A DNA stretch of 64,000 nucleotides from Amphiscolops sp. MND2022 (lineage: Eukaryota). Position 1 is the first letter of the stretch. Every line of letters starts with the position of its first letter. The notes under the pieces were generated by a model. That model did no database searches. It was not told the origin of the DNA and saw only the letters and a program-made list of their open reading frames with translations. Made by a program: the position numbers and the translations under genes. Below are positions 36,521 to 50,436 of the stretch, piece by piece. The stretch covers positions 70,682,001 through 70,746,000 of the forward strand of contig OZ076409.1 in NCBI GenBank assembly GCA_964187785.1. Reading direction: 5' to 3'.

Positions 36521-39500
36521 GTGCCGGGATTTCTATTCGATAAAGTATGTGGCGCGCCTTGGGTAGGGTCCCTTGCGCGCTTTTGGGTATGGTGTTCACC
36601 AGCTAGGAAATAGGGGTCGATTTTTCGGGATCTCCTAAACTAGCCACACGATTTGGCTGAAATTTGGCACACGTACTCCCCTCGGCACGGTGAAGATGAT
36701 TTCCTACTGACGTTTTTCCCGCAAAATTTTTTTTGTTGTCCAAAATAACGGTTTTTGGGGTAAAATTTTGAATTTTTTTTAAATTTTATCTTATATCTCG
36801 CCACGGGTTTACGCTAGCGCTTCAAAACCCTGCTAAAGAAAGCTTGCAAACTGTCTCAGGAATGCGGTGTGAAATTTTCAGCTCAATCGGACTCAAACTC
36901 GGGGAGATATAGCGTTTTTCCGGAGCGGGGGGGTTTCATTTTTCTAACGGTCCAGCTTATCTTTGCCATTTTTTCGAAAATGCACTCGCCTAAAGGCCTC
37001 CCCTGGCCGGTTTTATCCCCAGCAAAACCATTTGGCCCTAAATACGGAGTTTCAGCGTTCCAGCATTCCCGGGCGAAAAGTTGTGGGACTTAGAATAATT
37101 CAAAAATTTTCAAAAAAATTTTTTTCCGTTATTTGGGCCCCCAAAGTGGGGGAAAAGACCCCCCAACCAGTAAAGCAAGTGAATGCATGTGGAAAGCCCT
37201 TGTTTAGAGGAGAAAAATGCCGTTTAGAACGTCTTTTTATCTTGGCTCAACGTTGACTTATGACGTTTTGAAGGTGATGTTTGGAGGTGTAAAGCACGAG
37301 AATAGTAAACGTTATGAGTATTTATCTGATCTGAAAGCCATTGAAATGCACTCTGTTTTGCTCAAAACGTAATTCATATCCGTTTGGTAGTCAATCAACA
37401 CCCTTTGTTGTCTTTTGACATCTTTTTTTTTGTTGATATAAGAAAAAATTTTGTGTATTTATTCAATTTTTTCTCATCAAATAACTTGAAACAGTTGAGT
37501 ACATTCCATCCCCCCTTCCGGGGGAGATGAGAATGTACTCGCAAAAAGCACCGAACTACGGCCCTTACCTTCCCGAGCTACGCAGTAAAAGGATTACATA
37601 TTGGTTCCGACATTTTCATAGAGTTAAATCTTGGTAATCTGTCTGGATATGCAGAAAAACCAGCACGTGCTTTTTTATACCAAGTTGCTTACAACGACAA
37701 TTATTTTATATCAACGCCCCCATATTTATCAACGCCCCCCGTCCGTGGGCATGCCGAGGCATGCCCTTCGACGACCCGCACCAAAATATACGTCGAGCGC
37801 GGTAGCAGCTAGGTGCCCGGATTTCTATTCATTAAAGTATGTTGCGCGTGTGGGTAGGGCCCCTGGCGCGCTCTTGTGTCCCTGTTCTCATAACTGCAAT
37901 TTCCGGCAGCATTCTGAGCGATTTTCTAAACTATCCATACGATTCGGCTGAAATTTGGCATGTGAGTTCCTATGACAGTTCTAAGAAACATTTCCTACTG
38001 GCGTTTTGCCCGGAAAATTTTTTTTGTTGACTTATAACGGTTTTTTTGGCCAAAAAATGCAATTTTTTCAAAAAATTTTTTTTTCGGAGCCCATATCTTT
38101 TTTCAGGGTGCCCGGAGCGGGACGCGTTAAACTGATTATAAACTCTACGGTTCATGGGCTTTACGGAGAACCTAGGCTCGTTTCGATCGGACAAATAGTC
38201 TTGGAGATATAACGGCATTTTTTGGGAATTTTTTGGAAATTTTTCTAACGGTCCAGCTTATCTTTGCCATTTTTTCGAAAATGTACTCGCCTAAAGGCCT
38301 CCCCTGGCCGGTTTTAATCCCAGCAAAACCATTTGGCCCTAAATACGGAGTTTCAGCGTTCCAGCATTCCCGGGCGAAAAGTTGTGGGACTTAGAAAAAT
38401 TTCAAAATTTTTCAAAATTTTTTTTTCCGTTTTCCGCCCTCCCCCCCGAGGGGAAAAGACCCCCCAACCAGTAATTTGAGTGAATTCATGTGGAAAGGCC
38501 ATGTTTAGAGAAGAAAAATGCCGTTTAGATCGTCCTTTTATTTTAACCTGTCGTTGACTTATGTTGTTTTGAAGGTGATGTTTGGATGTGTGAAGCATGT
38601 GAAAAGGTAATTTATTGTGTCTTTAGCTCTTCTAAAAGTCATTGAGATACACGGTGTGTGACTCAGAACGTGTTTAATTCTAATTTAGCAATGCATCAAC
38701 ACTTTTTTGTGTCTTTTGACTCTGTTTTAAAAAATTTTTCCGACTAAAATCAAAAATTATTTATAATTATTCACATTTTTTTCTGATCTCATGACTCGAA
38801 ACAGTTGAGTACATTCCATCTCCCTTCACGGGGGAGATGAGAATGTACTCTTTAGAGACCAGGTACTACAGTACTTACCTTCCCCGAGCAACGCCCCATA
38901 AAAATTGCGTTTTGATCCAGACATTTTGACATAATTTTATCTTTGTAATTTGACTGGAAATGAAGAAAATGCCGCACGTGCTCTTGTATATCAAGTATCT
39001 TAACAACGCCATCTCTTTTACGTCAACGCCCCATAGTTCACATCAACGCCCACCGTCCGTGGGCATGCCGAGGCATGCCCTTCGACGACGTATACCAAGA
39101 TATACTCCCGAGCGCGGTAGCAGCTAGGTGCCGGGATTTCTATTCGATAAAGTATGTGGCGCGTGTGGGTAGGGCCCCTGGCGCGCTCTTGGGTATGGTG
39201 TTCACCAGCTAGGAAACAGGGGTCGATTTTTCGGGATCTCCTAAACTAGCCACACGATTTGGCTGAAATTTGGCACACGTACTCCCCTCGGCATGGTGAA
39301 GATGATTCCCTACTAGCGTTTTGCTCGCAAAATTTTTTTTGTTGTCCAAAATAACGGTTTTTGGTGGAAAATTTTGAATTTTTTTTAAATTTCATCTTAT
39401 ATCTCGCCACCGGTTTAGGCTAGCGCTTCAAAACCCTGCTAAAGAAAGCTTGCAAACTGTCTCAGGAATGCGGTGTGAAAATTTCAGCTCAATCGGACTT

Positions 39501-42500
39501 AAACTCGGGGAGATATAGCGTTTTTCCGGAGCGGGGGGGTTTCATTTTTCTAACGGTCCAGCTTATCTTAGCCATTTTTTCGAAAATGTACTCGCCTAAA
39601 GACCTCCCCTGGCCGGTTTTATTCCCAGCAAAACCATTTGGCCCTAAATACGGAGTTTCAGCGTTCCAGCATTCCCGGGCGAAAAGTTGTGGGACTTAGA
39701 AAAATTCAAAAATTTTCAAAAAAAATTTTTTCCGTTTTCCGCCCTCCCCCCCTAGGTGAAAAGACCCCCCAACCAGTAATTTGAGTGAATTCATGTGGAA
39801 AGGCCATGTTTAGACGAAAAAATTGCCGTTTAGAACGTCTTTATATCTCAACCTGACATTGACTTATGAAGCTTTAAAGGTGATGTTTGGACGTGTGAAG
39901 CATGTAAAAAAAGGAATTTTTTTGATTTTATTTCATCAGAAAGTCATTGAATCACACGCTGTGAAGCCCAGAGCGTGGTTTCTAATAGTTTGGTATCGTT
40001 TAAACGCATTTTGGTGTCTTTTTACTCTGTTTAAAAAACTTTTCTCCTGAAAATTAATAAATTTTGATTACTTTTCTTACTTTCCATTAATTTTTTTTTC
40101 TTATATTTTTACTTGAAACAGTTGAGTACATTCCATCTCCCTTCCCGGGGGAGATGAGAATGTACTCGCAAAAAGCCGCGAACTACGGCCCATACCTTCC
40201 CGAGATACGCAGTATAAAGATAACATAATGGTCCAGACATTTTAATGGAGTTGTATCTTGGTAATATGTCTGGATTTGCAGAAAAATCAGCACGTGCCAT
40301 TTTATACCAAGTTGCTCGCAACGACAATTAATTTAAATCAACGCCCCCCACAAAAATCAACGCCCCCCGTCCGTGGGCATGCCGAGGCATGCCCTTCGAC
40401 GACGTGCACCAAAATATGCCCCGAGCGCGTTAGCAGCTAGGTGGCCGGAAATTTTTTTTTCATCAAAATCTTTGCCATTGGGGGAGGGGCCCCGGATGGC
40501 CAGTAGTTCGGCTTGGCTACCTGCAAAATCAGGTACAAAAAAACACGATCTCAAAATTGGCCCGTCAGAATTCGCTCATTTTTTGCATGCGGCCCTAGAA
40601 TCAATATATAAGAACAAAGTCCTGCTGACGTTTTGCCCAAAAAACATTTTTTGTTGACCAAAAATAACATTTTTCATGCCAAAATGACCGTTTTTTCACA
40701 TTTTTCAACTTTGAGAGCTCATATCTCGTTCCCAGGTGCCCGGAGCGGTTCGCACGTGGACTGCAATATTGCTCAGCGTTGTTAACGGAGTGCGTGGACA
40801 AATTTTGGTCCAAATCGAACTTAAACTCGGGGAGATATAAACGGATTTTTGGGGGTTTCCGGGGTAAATTTTTTAACGGTCCAGCTTATCTTTGCCATTT
40901 TTTCAAAAATGTACTCGCCTAAAGGCCTCCCCCTGGCCGAACTTACTCTCAGCAAAACCATTTGGCCCTAAATACGGAGTTTCAGCGTTCTAGCATTTCC
41001 GGGCGAAAAGTTGTGGGACTTAGAAAAAATTCAAAATTTTTCAAAATAAAATTTTTTTCGTTTTCCGGCCCCCCAATGAAGGGGAACGACCCCCCAACTG
41101 GGATTTTTGGTGAATCCATGTGAAAGGGTCTTGTTTAGTGGAGAAAAATGCCGTTTAGAGCGACTTTTTATCTTAACTTGACGTTGACTTATGTCGTTTT
41201 GAATTTGATATTAGTATGTGTTGAGCATGTGAAAAGTTGAATATTTCAGTTGTTCTTTCGTGTTAGCCATTGAGATTCAAGCTGTAGTGATCAAATTGTG
41301 ATTTTTTGCAGTTTCGTGGTGCTTTTGGTGTATTTTGATTCATTTGATAAAAAAGTTGTTCTTTATATATTGACAATTTTGGTGTATTGATTCAAATGAA
41401 CATGAAACAGTTGAGTACATTTCATCTCCCTCTTGGGGGAGATGAGAATGTACTCGCTAAAGTCCTAGTACTATGGCCCATTTTTGTTTTTATCAGACGC
41501 AGATACTGCCAACGGATACATTTTGTTGGTGCAACTTTCCTGTGCACAATGTCTTTAGAAGCTAGAAAACTCTATGTCTCTAGCTTACTTCTACAAATTC
41601 GTCACCAACGTCAACGCCACACACTCTCACTAACGCCCACCGTCTGTGGGCATGCCGAGGCATGCCCTTCGACGACGTATGCCAAATAGCGCCACGGGGC
41701 GCCCAATTTTGTCTAGGTGCCGGGATTTCTATTCGATAAAGTATGTGGCGCGTGTGGGTAGGGTCCCTGGCGCGCTCTTGGGTATGGTGTTCACCAGCTA
41801 GGAAACAGGGGTCGATTTTTCGGGATCTCCTAAACTAGCCACACGATTTGGCTGAAATTTGGCACACGTACTCCCCTCGGCATGGTGAAGATGATTCCCT
41901 ACTAGCGTTTTGCTCGCAAAATTTTTTTTGTTGTCCAAAATAACGGTTTTTGGGGAAAAATTTTGAACTTTTTTTAAGTTTTATCTTATATCTCGCCACG
42001 GGTTTACGCTAGCGCTTCGAAACCCTGCTAAAGAAAGCTTGCAAACTGTCTCAGGAATGCGGTGTGAAATTTTCAGCTCAATCGGACTCAAACTCAGGGA
42101 GATATAGCGTTTTTCCGGAGCGGGGGGGTTTCATTTTTCTAACGGTCCAGCTTATCTTAGCCATTTTTTCGAAAATGTACTCGCCTAAAGACCTCCCCTG
42201 GCCGGTTTTATTCCCAGCAAAACCATTTGGCCCTAAATACGGAGTTTCAGCGTTCCAGCATTCCCGGGCGAAAAGTTGTGGGACTTAGAAAATTTCAAAA
42301 ATTTTCAAAATTTTTTTTTTCGGTTTTCCGCCCTCCCCCCGAGGGGAAAAGACCCCCCAACCAGTAATTTGAGTGAATTCATGTGGAAAGGCCATGTTTA
42401 GAGGAGAAAAATCCCGTTTAAATCGTCTTTTTATCTTTATTCAACGTTGACTTATGACGTTTTGAAGGTGATGTTTGGAGGTGTGAAGCACGTGAAAAGT

Positions 42501-44293
42501 AAACGTTATGAGTATTTATCTGATCTGAAAGCCATTGAGATGCAATCTGTTTTGCTCAAAACGTAATTCATATCCGTTTGGTAGTCAATCAACACCCTTT
42601 GTTGTCATTTGACATCTTTTTTTGTTGATATAAGAAAAAATTTTGTGTATTTATTCATTTTTTTCTCATCAAATAACTTGAAACAGTTGAGTACATTCCA
42701 TCCCCCCTTCACGGGGGAGATGAGAATGTACTCGCAAAAAGCCCCCGAACTACGGCCCTTACCTTCCTGAGCTACGCAGTATAGGGATTACATATTGGTT
42801 CCGACATTTTGATAGAGTTATATCTTGGTAATCTGTCTGGGTATGCAGAAAAACCAGCACGTGCTTTTTTATACCAAGTTGCTCACAACGACATTTATTT
42901 TATATCAACGCCCCCATATTTATCAACGCCCCCCGTCCGTGGGCATGCCGAGGCATGCCCTTCGACGACGTATACCAAGATATGTTCGAGCGCGTTAGCC
43001 TAGGTGCCGGTGTCTTTTTACACAATGGGGGAAGTTGCGCGGTTGGGGAGGGTCCCTGACGCGCTTCCGTGAGATCAGGTTTTTCAACTAGTGAAATCGA
43101 CAAAGAAAATTGAGATCTCGTAAACTAGCCATACGATTTGGCTGAAATTTGGCACACGTACCCCCCTCGGCACGGTGAAGATGATTTCCTACTGACGTTT
43201 TTCCCGCTAAACATTTTTTGTTGACCAAAATAACGGTTTTTGGGGTAAAATTTTCAACTTTTTTTAAATTTCATCTTATATCTCGCCACGGGTGCACGCT
43301 AGCGCTTCCGAACCTTGCTGACGAAAATTTGCAAACTGTCTCAGGAATGCTGTGTGAAAATTTCAGCTCAATCGGACTTAAATTCGAGGAAATATAGCGT
43401 TTTTCCGGAGCGGGGGGGTTTCATTTTTCTAACGGTCCAGCTTATCTTTGCCATTTTTTCGAAAATGCACTCGCCTAAAGGCCTCCCCTGGCCGGTTTTA
43501 TTCCCAGCAAAACCATTTGGCCCTAAATACGGAGTTTCAGCGTTCCAGCATTCTCGGGCGAAAAGTTGTGGGACTTAGAAAAAATTCAAAATTTTTCAAA
43601 TTTTTTTTTCCGTTTTCCGCCCTCCCCCCCGAGGGGAAAAGACCCCCCAACCAGTAATTTGAGTGAATTCATGTGGAAAGGCCATGTTTAGAGGAGAAAA
43701 ATGCCGTTTAGATCGTCTTTTTATTTTAACCTGTCGTTGACTTATGTTGTTTTGAAGGTGATGTTTGGATGTGTGAAGCAAGTGAATAGTAAACGTTATG
43801 AGTATTTATCTGATCTGAAAGCCATTGAGATGCAATATGATTGCTCAAAACGTAATTCATTGCAGTTTGGCAATCAATCAACACCCTTTGTTGTCGTTTG
43901 ACATACTTTTTTGTTGTTAAAATAAAAAATTTTATGTATTTATTCATTTTTTTCTCATCAAATAACTTGGAACAGTTGAGTACATTCCATCCCCCCTTCC
44001 GGGGGAGATGAGAATGTACTCGCAAAAAGCCCCGAACTACGGCCCTTACCTTCCCGAGCTACGCAGTATAAGGATTACATATTGGTTCCGACATTTTCAT
44101 AGAGTTATATCTTGGTAATCTGTCTGGATATGCACAAAAATCAGCACGTGCCTTTTAATACCAAGTTGCTCATAACGACAATTATTTTATATCAACGCCC
44201 CCACATTTATTAACGCCCCCCGTCCGTGGGCATGCCGAGGCATGCCCTTCGACGACCCGCACCAAAATATACGTCGAGCGCGGTAGCAGCTAG
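36521..44293 (+). mobile_element. Run of six ~1.3 kb units: I (36521-37812), A (37813-39127), I (39128-40440), J (40441-41716), I (41717-43003), I variant (43004-44293)
   Basis: Each bounded by CTAG|GTG, with the GAGTACATT hairpin and the shared ctaacggtccagcttatct...ggccctaaatacggag module. Confidence 0.8.
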
Positions 44294-47200
44294 GTGGTCA
44301 GTGCTGTTGCGTTCATTTTTTTCCGGCCGTGGGGGAGGGCCCCTCTGAGGCCGGTCATTTTTCAGGTAACAGCTTTCTTATACAAAAAAGCGGGAAAAAA
44401 CCTCAGTGCTCAAATCCCAACCGTCAGAATGAGCTGAAATTTGGCATGTAGCTAGTGCATTGCAAATGATTAGGATGGGTTATAACGCTATGTTTGGCAA
44501 AATTGGTTTTGTTGCATTTTTTTTGTCATATAGGGCCAAAAATGGCCTTTTTTGCGTATTTTTTGCTTGACTAGCTAATAACTCGCGTTGGGTTGGTACT
44601 AGCGATACGGGTGTGGGGTATGGAATTGAAAGATTACCAAGTACCTTGCTGATGACGTTATTTGATTTCCGCTCACATCACCCCCCACGCCGGAAATGCC
44701 CAATTTGTCACTTCCGGTCGCAATTTTTGACTTTTTTGGATGGAGTTAAAACCCATTTCCGGTGTGAAGGAGTGGGTTGAGCGCTTCGACCCCAATATAC
44801 TAAAAGTAGGTTTAGACAAAGTCCTATTAGGAAAAAAGTAATGTAAGCCCGTACCTATCACCCCCTCACCGGAAATAGGGGTCACGCCTCCTTTTTCTGT
44901 GTTGCAAAAGTGACATGTGCACATTTGTCCAACTCCGAAGCCCCGGAGCACCGTGGGACCCTTATACTTTCTAAACACCTATCCCACACGCTACCGGAAG
45001 TGACCGGAAGTTTCACCGGAAATGACATCCTTGGACCGGAAATGGTCAAAAAATGACTTTTCAATGCAAAGTAGACACATTTGGTGCGATTTTTAGGCAA
45101 AAAGCATAGTTCGTGAAACGCTTGTTGCAGTTGGAAGGGCCATTGTTCAGCAAGAATGCGTACAGCATTACGTAGCACATCAAGTAGTTGATACTTTTTC
45201 GTCCATAATATCCTTAGGACCGGAAATGGCCATTTTTGAATCGGAAACTTCTTCAGCTTGATTTTTAACAGGTTTTTCCGCAATATTAGCGTAGGAATTG
45301 CTCGTCGGATGCTGTAGGTCTATTTTAAAACTATCTAACTGCTTCTTAGAAATGTATTGCAGAAGTCCCAACCAATTCCAGAATACCGGAAATAAGAGTA
45401 ATTGCCTCCTTTATGACCTTTGAATAATAAATTGTTAAAATCCGCATATTATTTTTTTCCACACTTGTTGCTGAGATTATATCTAAGCAATAACATGTGC
45501 TTGTCATGAAGTGCTGTAATGTGGGAGTTACGAATATTGCTATTTAAGAGTATCACATACGTGAATATCCGCCGTAATAAAGATTTTTTAAAACAACCAC
45601 TTTTGAAGTCCTATAGATTGTCCGCACACCCGAAACAATTCAAGCTTCTAGTTTCGATTTTAAGGCTTCCGCGACTATTTAGTTGAGATGATAGTTTTCA
45701 CGTTCTCTGCAAAACGTGCATTTCATTGTGTTTTTGACATTTATTGGGCTGTTTCACATTGTAATTCAAAACTAATTGATCATACAATTTGGAACAATTG
45801 AAAATTTTCAATTGAACATTAAATGTTTTAATAGTTTCTCTTTCGTTGAAGATACTATTTTGTGGCCATTAGAACATGTTGAATTAGTTGAATAAGTAGC
45901 CAGTGCGATACATCGTTTAATACATAGCGTTTGACATCGGTTTTTTTTGCGAACAAAGACAAGCATGATTTGTTGAAAGTTTTTACCATATCGCTTCAAA
46001 TCGGGTGTGACAAACAAGGAATTTCTCGTTTTATGTGCTACTCCGAAAGCAACCTGAAAACGCAAATCGATCTATTGAATTATCGAGATGAAACTAAGCA
46101 TTTCAAGTCTGGATTTCAATTTAATTCTATCTCTCCGGTCTATTTTTATGTCGCAAGAGTGATAAAGCGTGTTAGCAAGGTTAAACACATCGAACAATTT
46201 TAATAATAAAGCCTCCGGAAAGGGAAGAAAAAATGAGTTTTCCTGTCAAAACTATGATAACCACGTACGAAACATCAAGTTTTTGTATTGTTCAATAGTC
46301 CAAAACGTGAATGAAGTTTTTAAATATCCAAGCGTTTCTAATCAAGCATGCGTTTCAAATGTCTGACAGGGCAGCATCGTTCTCAAAAAACATTGCTTTC
46401 AATGTGGTTTGATACCAGCAAAACGAACGTAGGCACAACCAGATTCTCAAATTTCTTGCAAAACAGCCGATTTCTTTGAAAATCCTAATTGATTTCACAG
46501 GGTATATGGTGAAACCCTGTTGGATTCCAAAAATGAAAAGCTGATTTCTTGGGTTTGCGAGATAAAAGACAACGGGAATCTGAAAGCAAGTCATCTCAAT
46601 AAAATACCTGTTGCTCTTTAAACAAATGGACTTTAGTAGTCGAAATTTTTTCTCAGACACTTTCGATCAGAGAATGGTTGAGTCCTAACGTTCGAATCAG
46701 GTTGGTTTCAGGTGGCTCGAAGTGCCAGCTGAACCAACCTTTCAAATAAAGAAAAACCCCACATCTCCCTTCATGCCACGCTACCCCGTAAAGCGTTTCA
46801 ACTTGACAGAAGTTGGAACGTTTGATTTTGGCGTCGCTTGGGATTGACACACCAGTGTTGATACTAAATTTGGCAAAGAGAAATCGCAGAAATGATTGTT
46901 TCTTTTTTTCCCTTTGATTTAGTCTCTCGAGCGTACAAAGCAGTTTGGGAAACTAACTTGCATTTCCACTGAACGAAAAAAAGTAGTAGCCTTGCAAACT
47001 CCTGGAAGAAATTGAATCAGGTTTTCCTATTTGTGAGATCAGCTGTCACTCAATTATCAATTACTTTTTTAAAAATTTTTAGGAACAACTAACCTAACTC
47101 TGCTCGACTCTCTTGAATAATGCAACAATCGTTTACTGATCTGTACTCGTGAGAAAAAAATCAACTGCAGGTCCAAAAACAATCTATATATCTTTGGTTT

Positions 47201-50200
47201 ATTCCGTGCAAAGCTTTTTTTCACACCAGGTGACTCAACTATAACATGTATGTAATGAAACCAATAACACCTTCAACTATCAACGCCCACCGTCCGTAGG
47301 CATGCCGAGGCATGCCTTTCGACGACGCGCGCCGGAAACAATCTAACGGCGCCACCCGCTTCTGGGTGGTCAGTGCTGTTGCGTTCATTTTTTTCCGGCC
47401 GTGGGGGAGGGCCCCTCTGAGGCCGGTCATTTTTCAGGTAACAGCTTTCTTATACAAAAAAGCGGGAAAAAACCTCAGTGCTCAAATCCCAACCGTCAGA
47501 ATGAGCTGAAATTTGGCATGTAGCTAGTGCATTGCAAATGATTAGGATGGGTTATAACGCTATGTTTGGCAAAATTGGTTTTGTTGCATTTTTTTTGTCA
47601 TATAGGGCCAAAAATGGCCTTTTTTGCGTATTTTTTGCTTGACTAGCTAATAACTCGCGTTGGGTTGGTACTAGCGATACGGGTGTGGGGTATGGAATTG
47701 TAAGAATACCAAGTACCTTGCTGATGATGTTATTTGATTTCCGCTCACATCACCCCCCACGCCGGAAATGCCCAATTTGTCACTTCCGGTCGCTATTTTT
47801 GACTTTTTTGGATGGAGTTAAAACCCATTTCCGGTGTGAAGGAGTAGGTTGAGCGCTCCAACCACGATTTACTAAAAGTAGGTTTAGACAAAGTCCTTTC
47901 AAGAAAAAAGTAATATGAGCCCGTACCTATCACCCGCTCACCGGAAATAGGGGTCACGCCTCCTTTTTCTGTGTTGCAAAAGTGACATGTGCACATTTGT
48001 CCAACTCCGAAGCCCCGGAGCACCGTGGGACCCTTATACTTTCTAAACACCTATCCCACACGCTACCGGAAGTGACCGGAAGTTTCACCGGAAATGACAT
48101 CCTTGGACCGGAAAAGGTCAAAAAATGACTTTTCAATGCAAAATAGACACATTTGGTGCGATTTTTAGGCAAAAAGCATAGTTCGTGAAACGCTTGTTGC
48201 AGTTGGAAGGGCCATTGTTCAGCAAGAATGCGTACAGCATTACGTAGCACATCAAGTAGTTGATACTTTTTCGTCCATAATATCCTTAGGACCGGAAATG
48301 GCCATTTTTGAATCGGAAACTTCTTCAGCTTGATTTTTAACAGGTTTTTCCGCAATATTAGCGTAGGAATTGCTCGTCGGATGCTGTAGGTCTATTTTAA
48401 AACTAGCTAACAGCTTCTTAGAAATGTATTTCAGAAGTCCCAACCAATTCCAGAATACCGGAAATAAGAGTAATTGCCTCCTTTATGACCTTTGAATAAT
48501 AAATTGTTAAAATCCGCATATTATTTTTTTCCACACTTGTTGCTGAGATTATATCTAAGCAATAACATGTGCTTGTCATGAAGTGCTGTAATGTGGGAGT
48601 TACGAATATTGCTATTTAAGAGTATTACATACGTGAATATCCGCCGTAATAAAGATTTTTTAAAACAACCACTTTTGAAGTCCTATAGATTGTCCGCACA
48701 CCCGAAACAATTCAAGTTTCTAGTTTCGATTTTAAGGCTTCCGCGACTATTTAGTTGAGATGATAGTTTTCACGTTCTCTGCAAAACGTGCATTTCATTG
48801 TGTTTTTGACATTTATTGGGCTGTTTCACATTGTAATTCAAAACTAATTGATCATACAATTTGGAACAATTGAAAATTTTCAATTGAACATTAAATGTTT
48901 TAATAGTTTCTCTTTCGTTGAAGATACTATTTTGTGGCCATTAGAACAGGTTGAATTAGTTAAATAAGTAGCCAGTGCGATACATCGTTTAATACATAGC
49001 GTTTGACATCGGTTTTTTTGCGAACAAAGACAAGCATGATTCGTTGAAAGTTTTTACCATATCGCTTCAAATCGGGTGTGACAAACAAGGAATTTCTCGT
49101 TTTATGTGCTACTCCGAAAGCAACCTGAAAACGCAAATCGATCTATTGAATTATCGAGATGAAACTAAGCATTTCAAGTCTGGATTTCAATTTAATTCTA
49201 TCACTCCGGTCTATTTTTATGTCGCAAGAGTGATAAAGCGTGTTAGCAAGGTTAAACACATCGAACAATTTTAATAATAAAGCCTCCGGAAAGGGAAGAA
49301 AAAATGAGTTTTCCTGTCAAAACTATGATAACCACGTACGAAACATCAAGTTTTTGTATTGTTCAATAGTCCAAAACGTGAATGAAGTTTTTAAATATCC
49401 AAGCGTTTCTAATCAAGCATGCGTTTCAAATGTCTGACAGGGCAGCATCGTTCTCAAAAAATATTGCTTTCAATGTGGCTTGATACCAGCAAAACGAACG
49501 TAGGCACAACCAGATTCTCAAATTTCTTGCAAAACAGCCGATTTCTTTGAAAATCCTAATTGATTTCACAGGGTATATGGTGAAACCCTGTTGGATTCCA
49601 AAAATGAAAAGCTGATTTCTTGGGTTTGCGAGATAAAAGACAACGGGAATCTGAAAGCAAGTCATCTCAATAAAATACCTGTTGCTCTTTAAACAAATGG
49701 ACTTTAGTAGTCGAAATTTTTTCTCAGACACTTTCGATCAGAGAATGTTTGAGTCCTAACGTTCGAATCAGGTTGGTTTCAGGTGGCTCGAAGTGCCAGC
49801 TGAACCAACCTTTCAAATAAAGAAAAACCCCACATCTCCCTTCATGCCACGCTACCCCGTATAGCGTTTCAACTTGACAGAAGTTGGAACGTTTGATTTT
49901 GGCGTCGCTTGGGATTGACACACCATTGTTGATACTAAATTTGGCAAAGAGAAATCGCAGAAATGATTGTTTCTTTTTTTCCCTTTGATTTAGTCTGTCG
50001 AGCGTACAAAGCAGTTTGGGAAACTAACTTTCATTTCCACTGAACGAAAAAAAGTAGTAGCCTTGCAAACTCCTGGAAAAAATTGAATCAGGTTTTCCTA
50101 TTTGTGAGATCAGCTGTCACTCAATTATCAATTACTTTTTTAAAAATTTTTAGGAACAACTAACCTAACTCTGCTCGACTCTCTTGAATAATGCAACAAT

Positions 50201-50436
50201 CGTTTACTGATCTGTACTCGTGAGAAAAAAATCAACTGCAGGTCCAAAAACAATCTATATATCTTTGGTTTATTCCGTGCAAAGCTTTTTTTCACACCAT
50301 GTGACTCAACTATAACATGTATGTAATGAAACCAATAACACCTTCAACTATCAACGCCCACCGTCCGTAGGCATGCCGAGGCATGCCTTTCGACGACGCG
50401 CGCCGGAAACAATCTAACGGCGCCACCCGCTTCTGG
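44294..50436 (+). mobile_element. Two tandem family C units (44294-47365; 47366-50436)
   Basis: Near-identical to 15689-18759; CTGG|GTG junctions. Confidence 0.85.
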
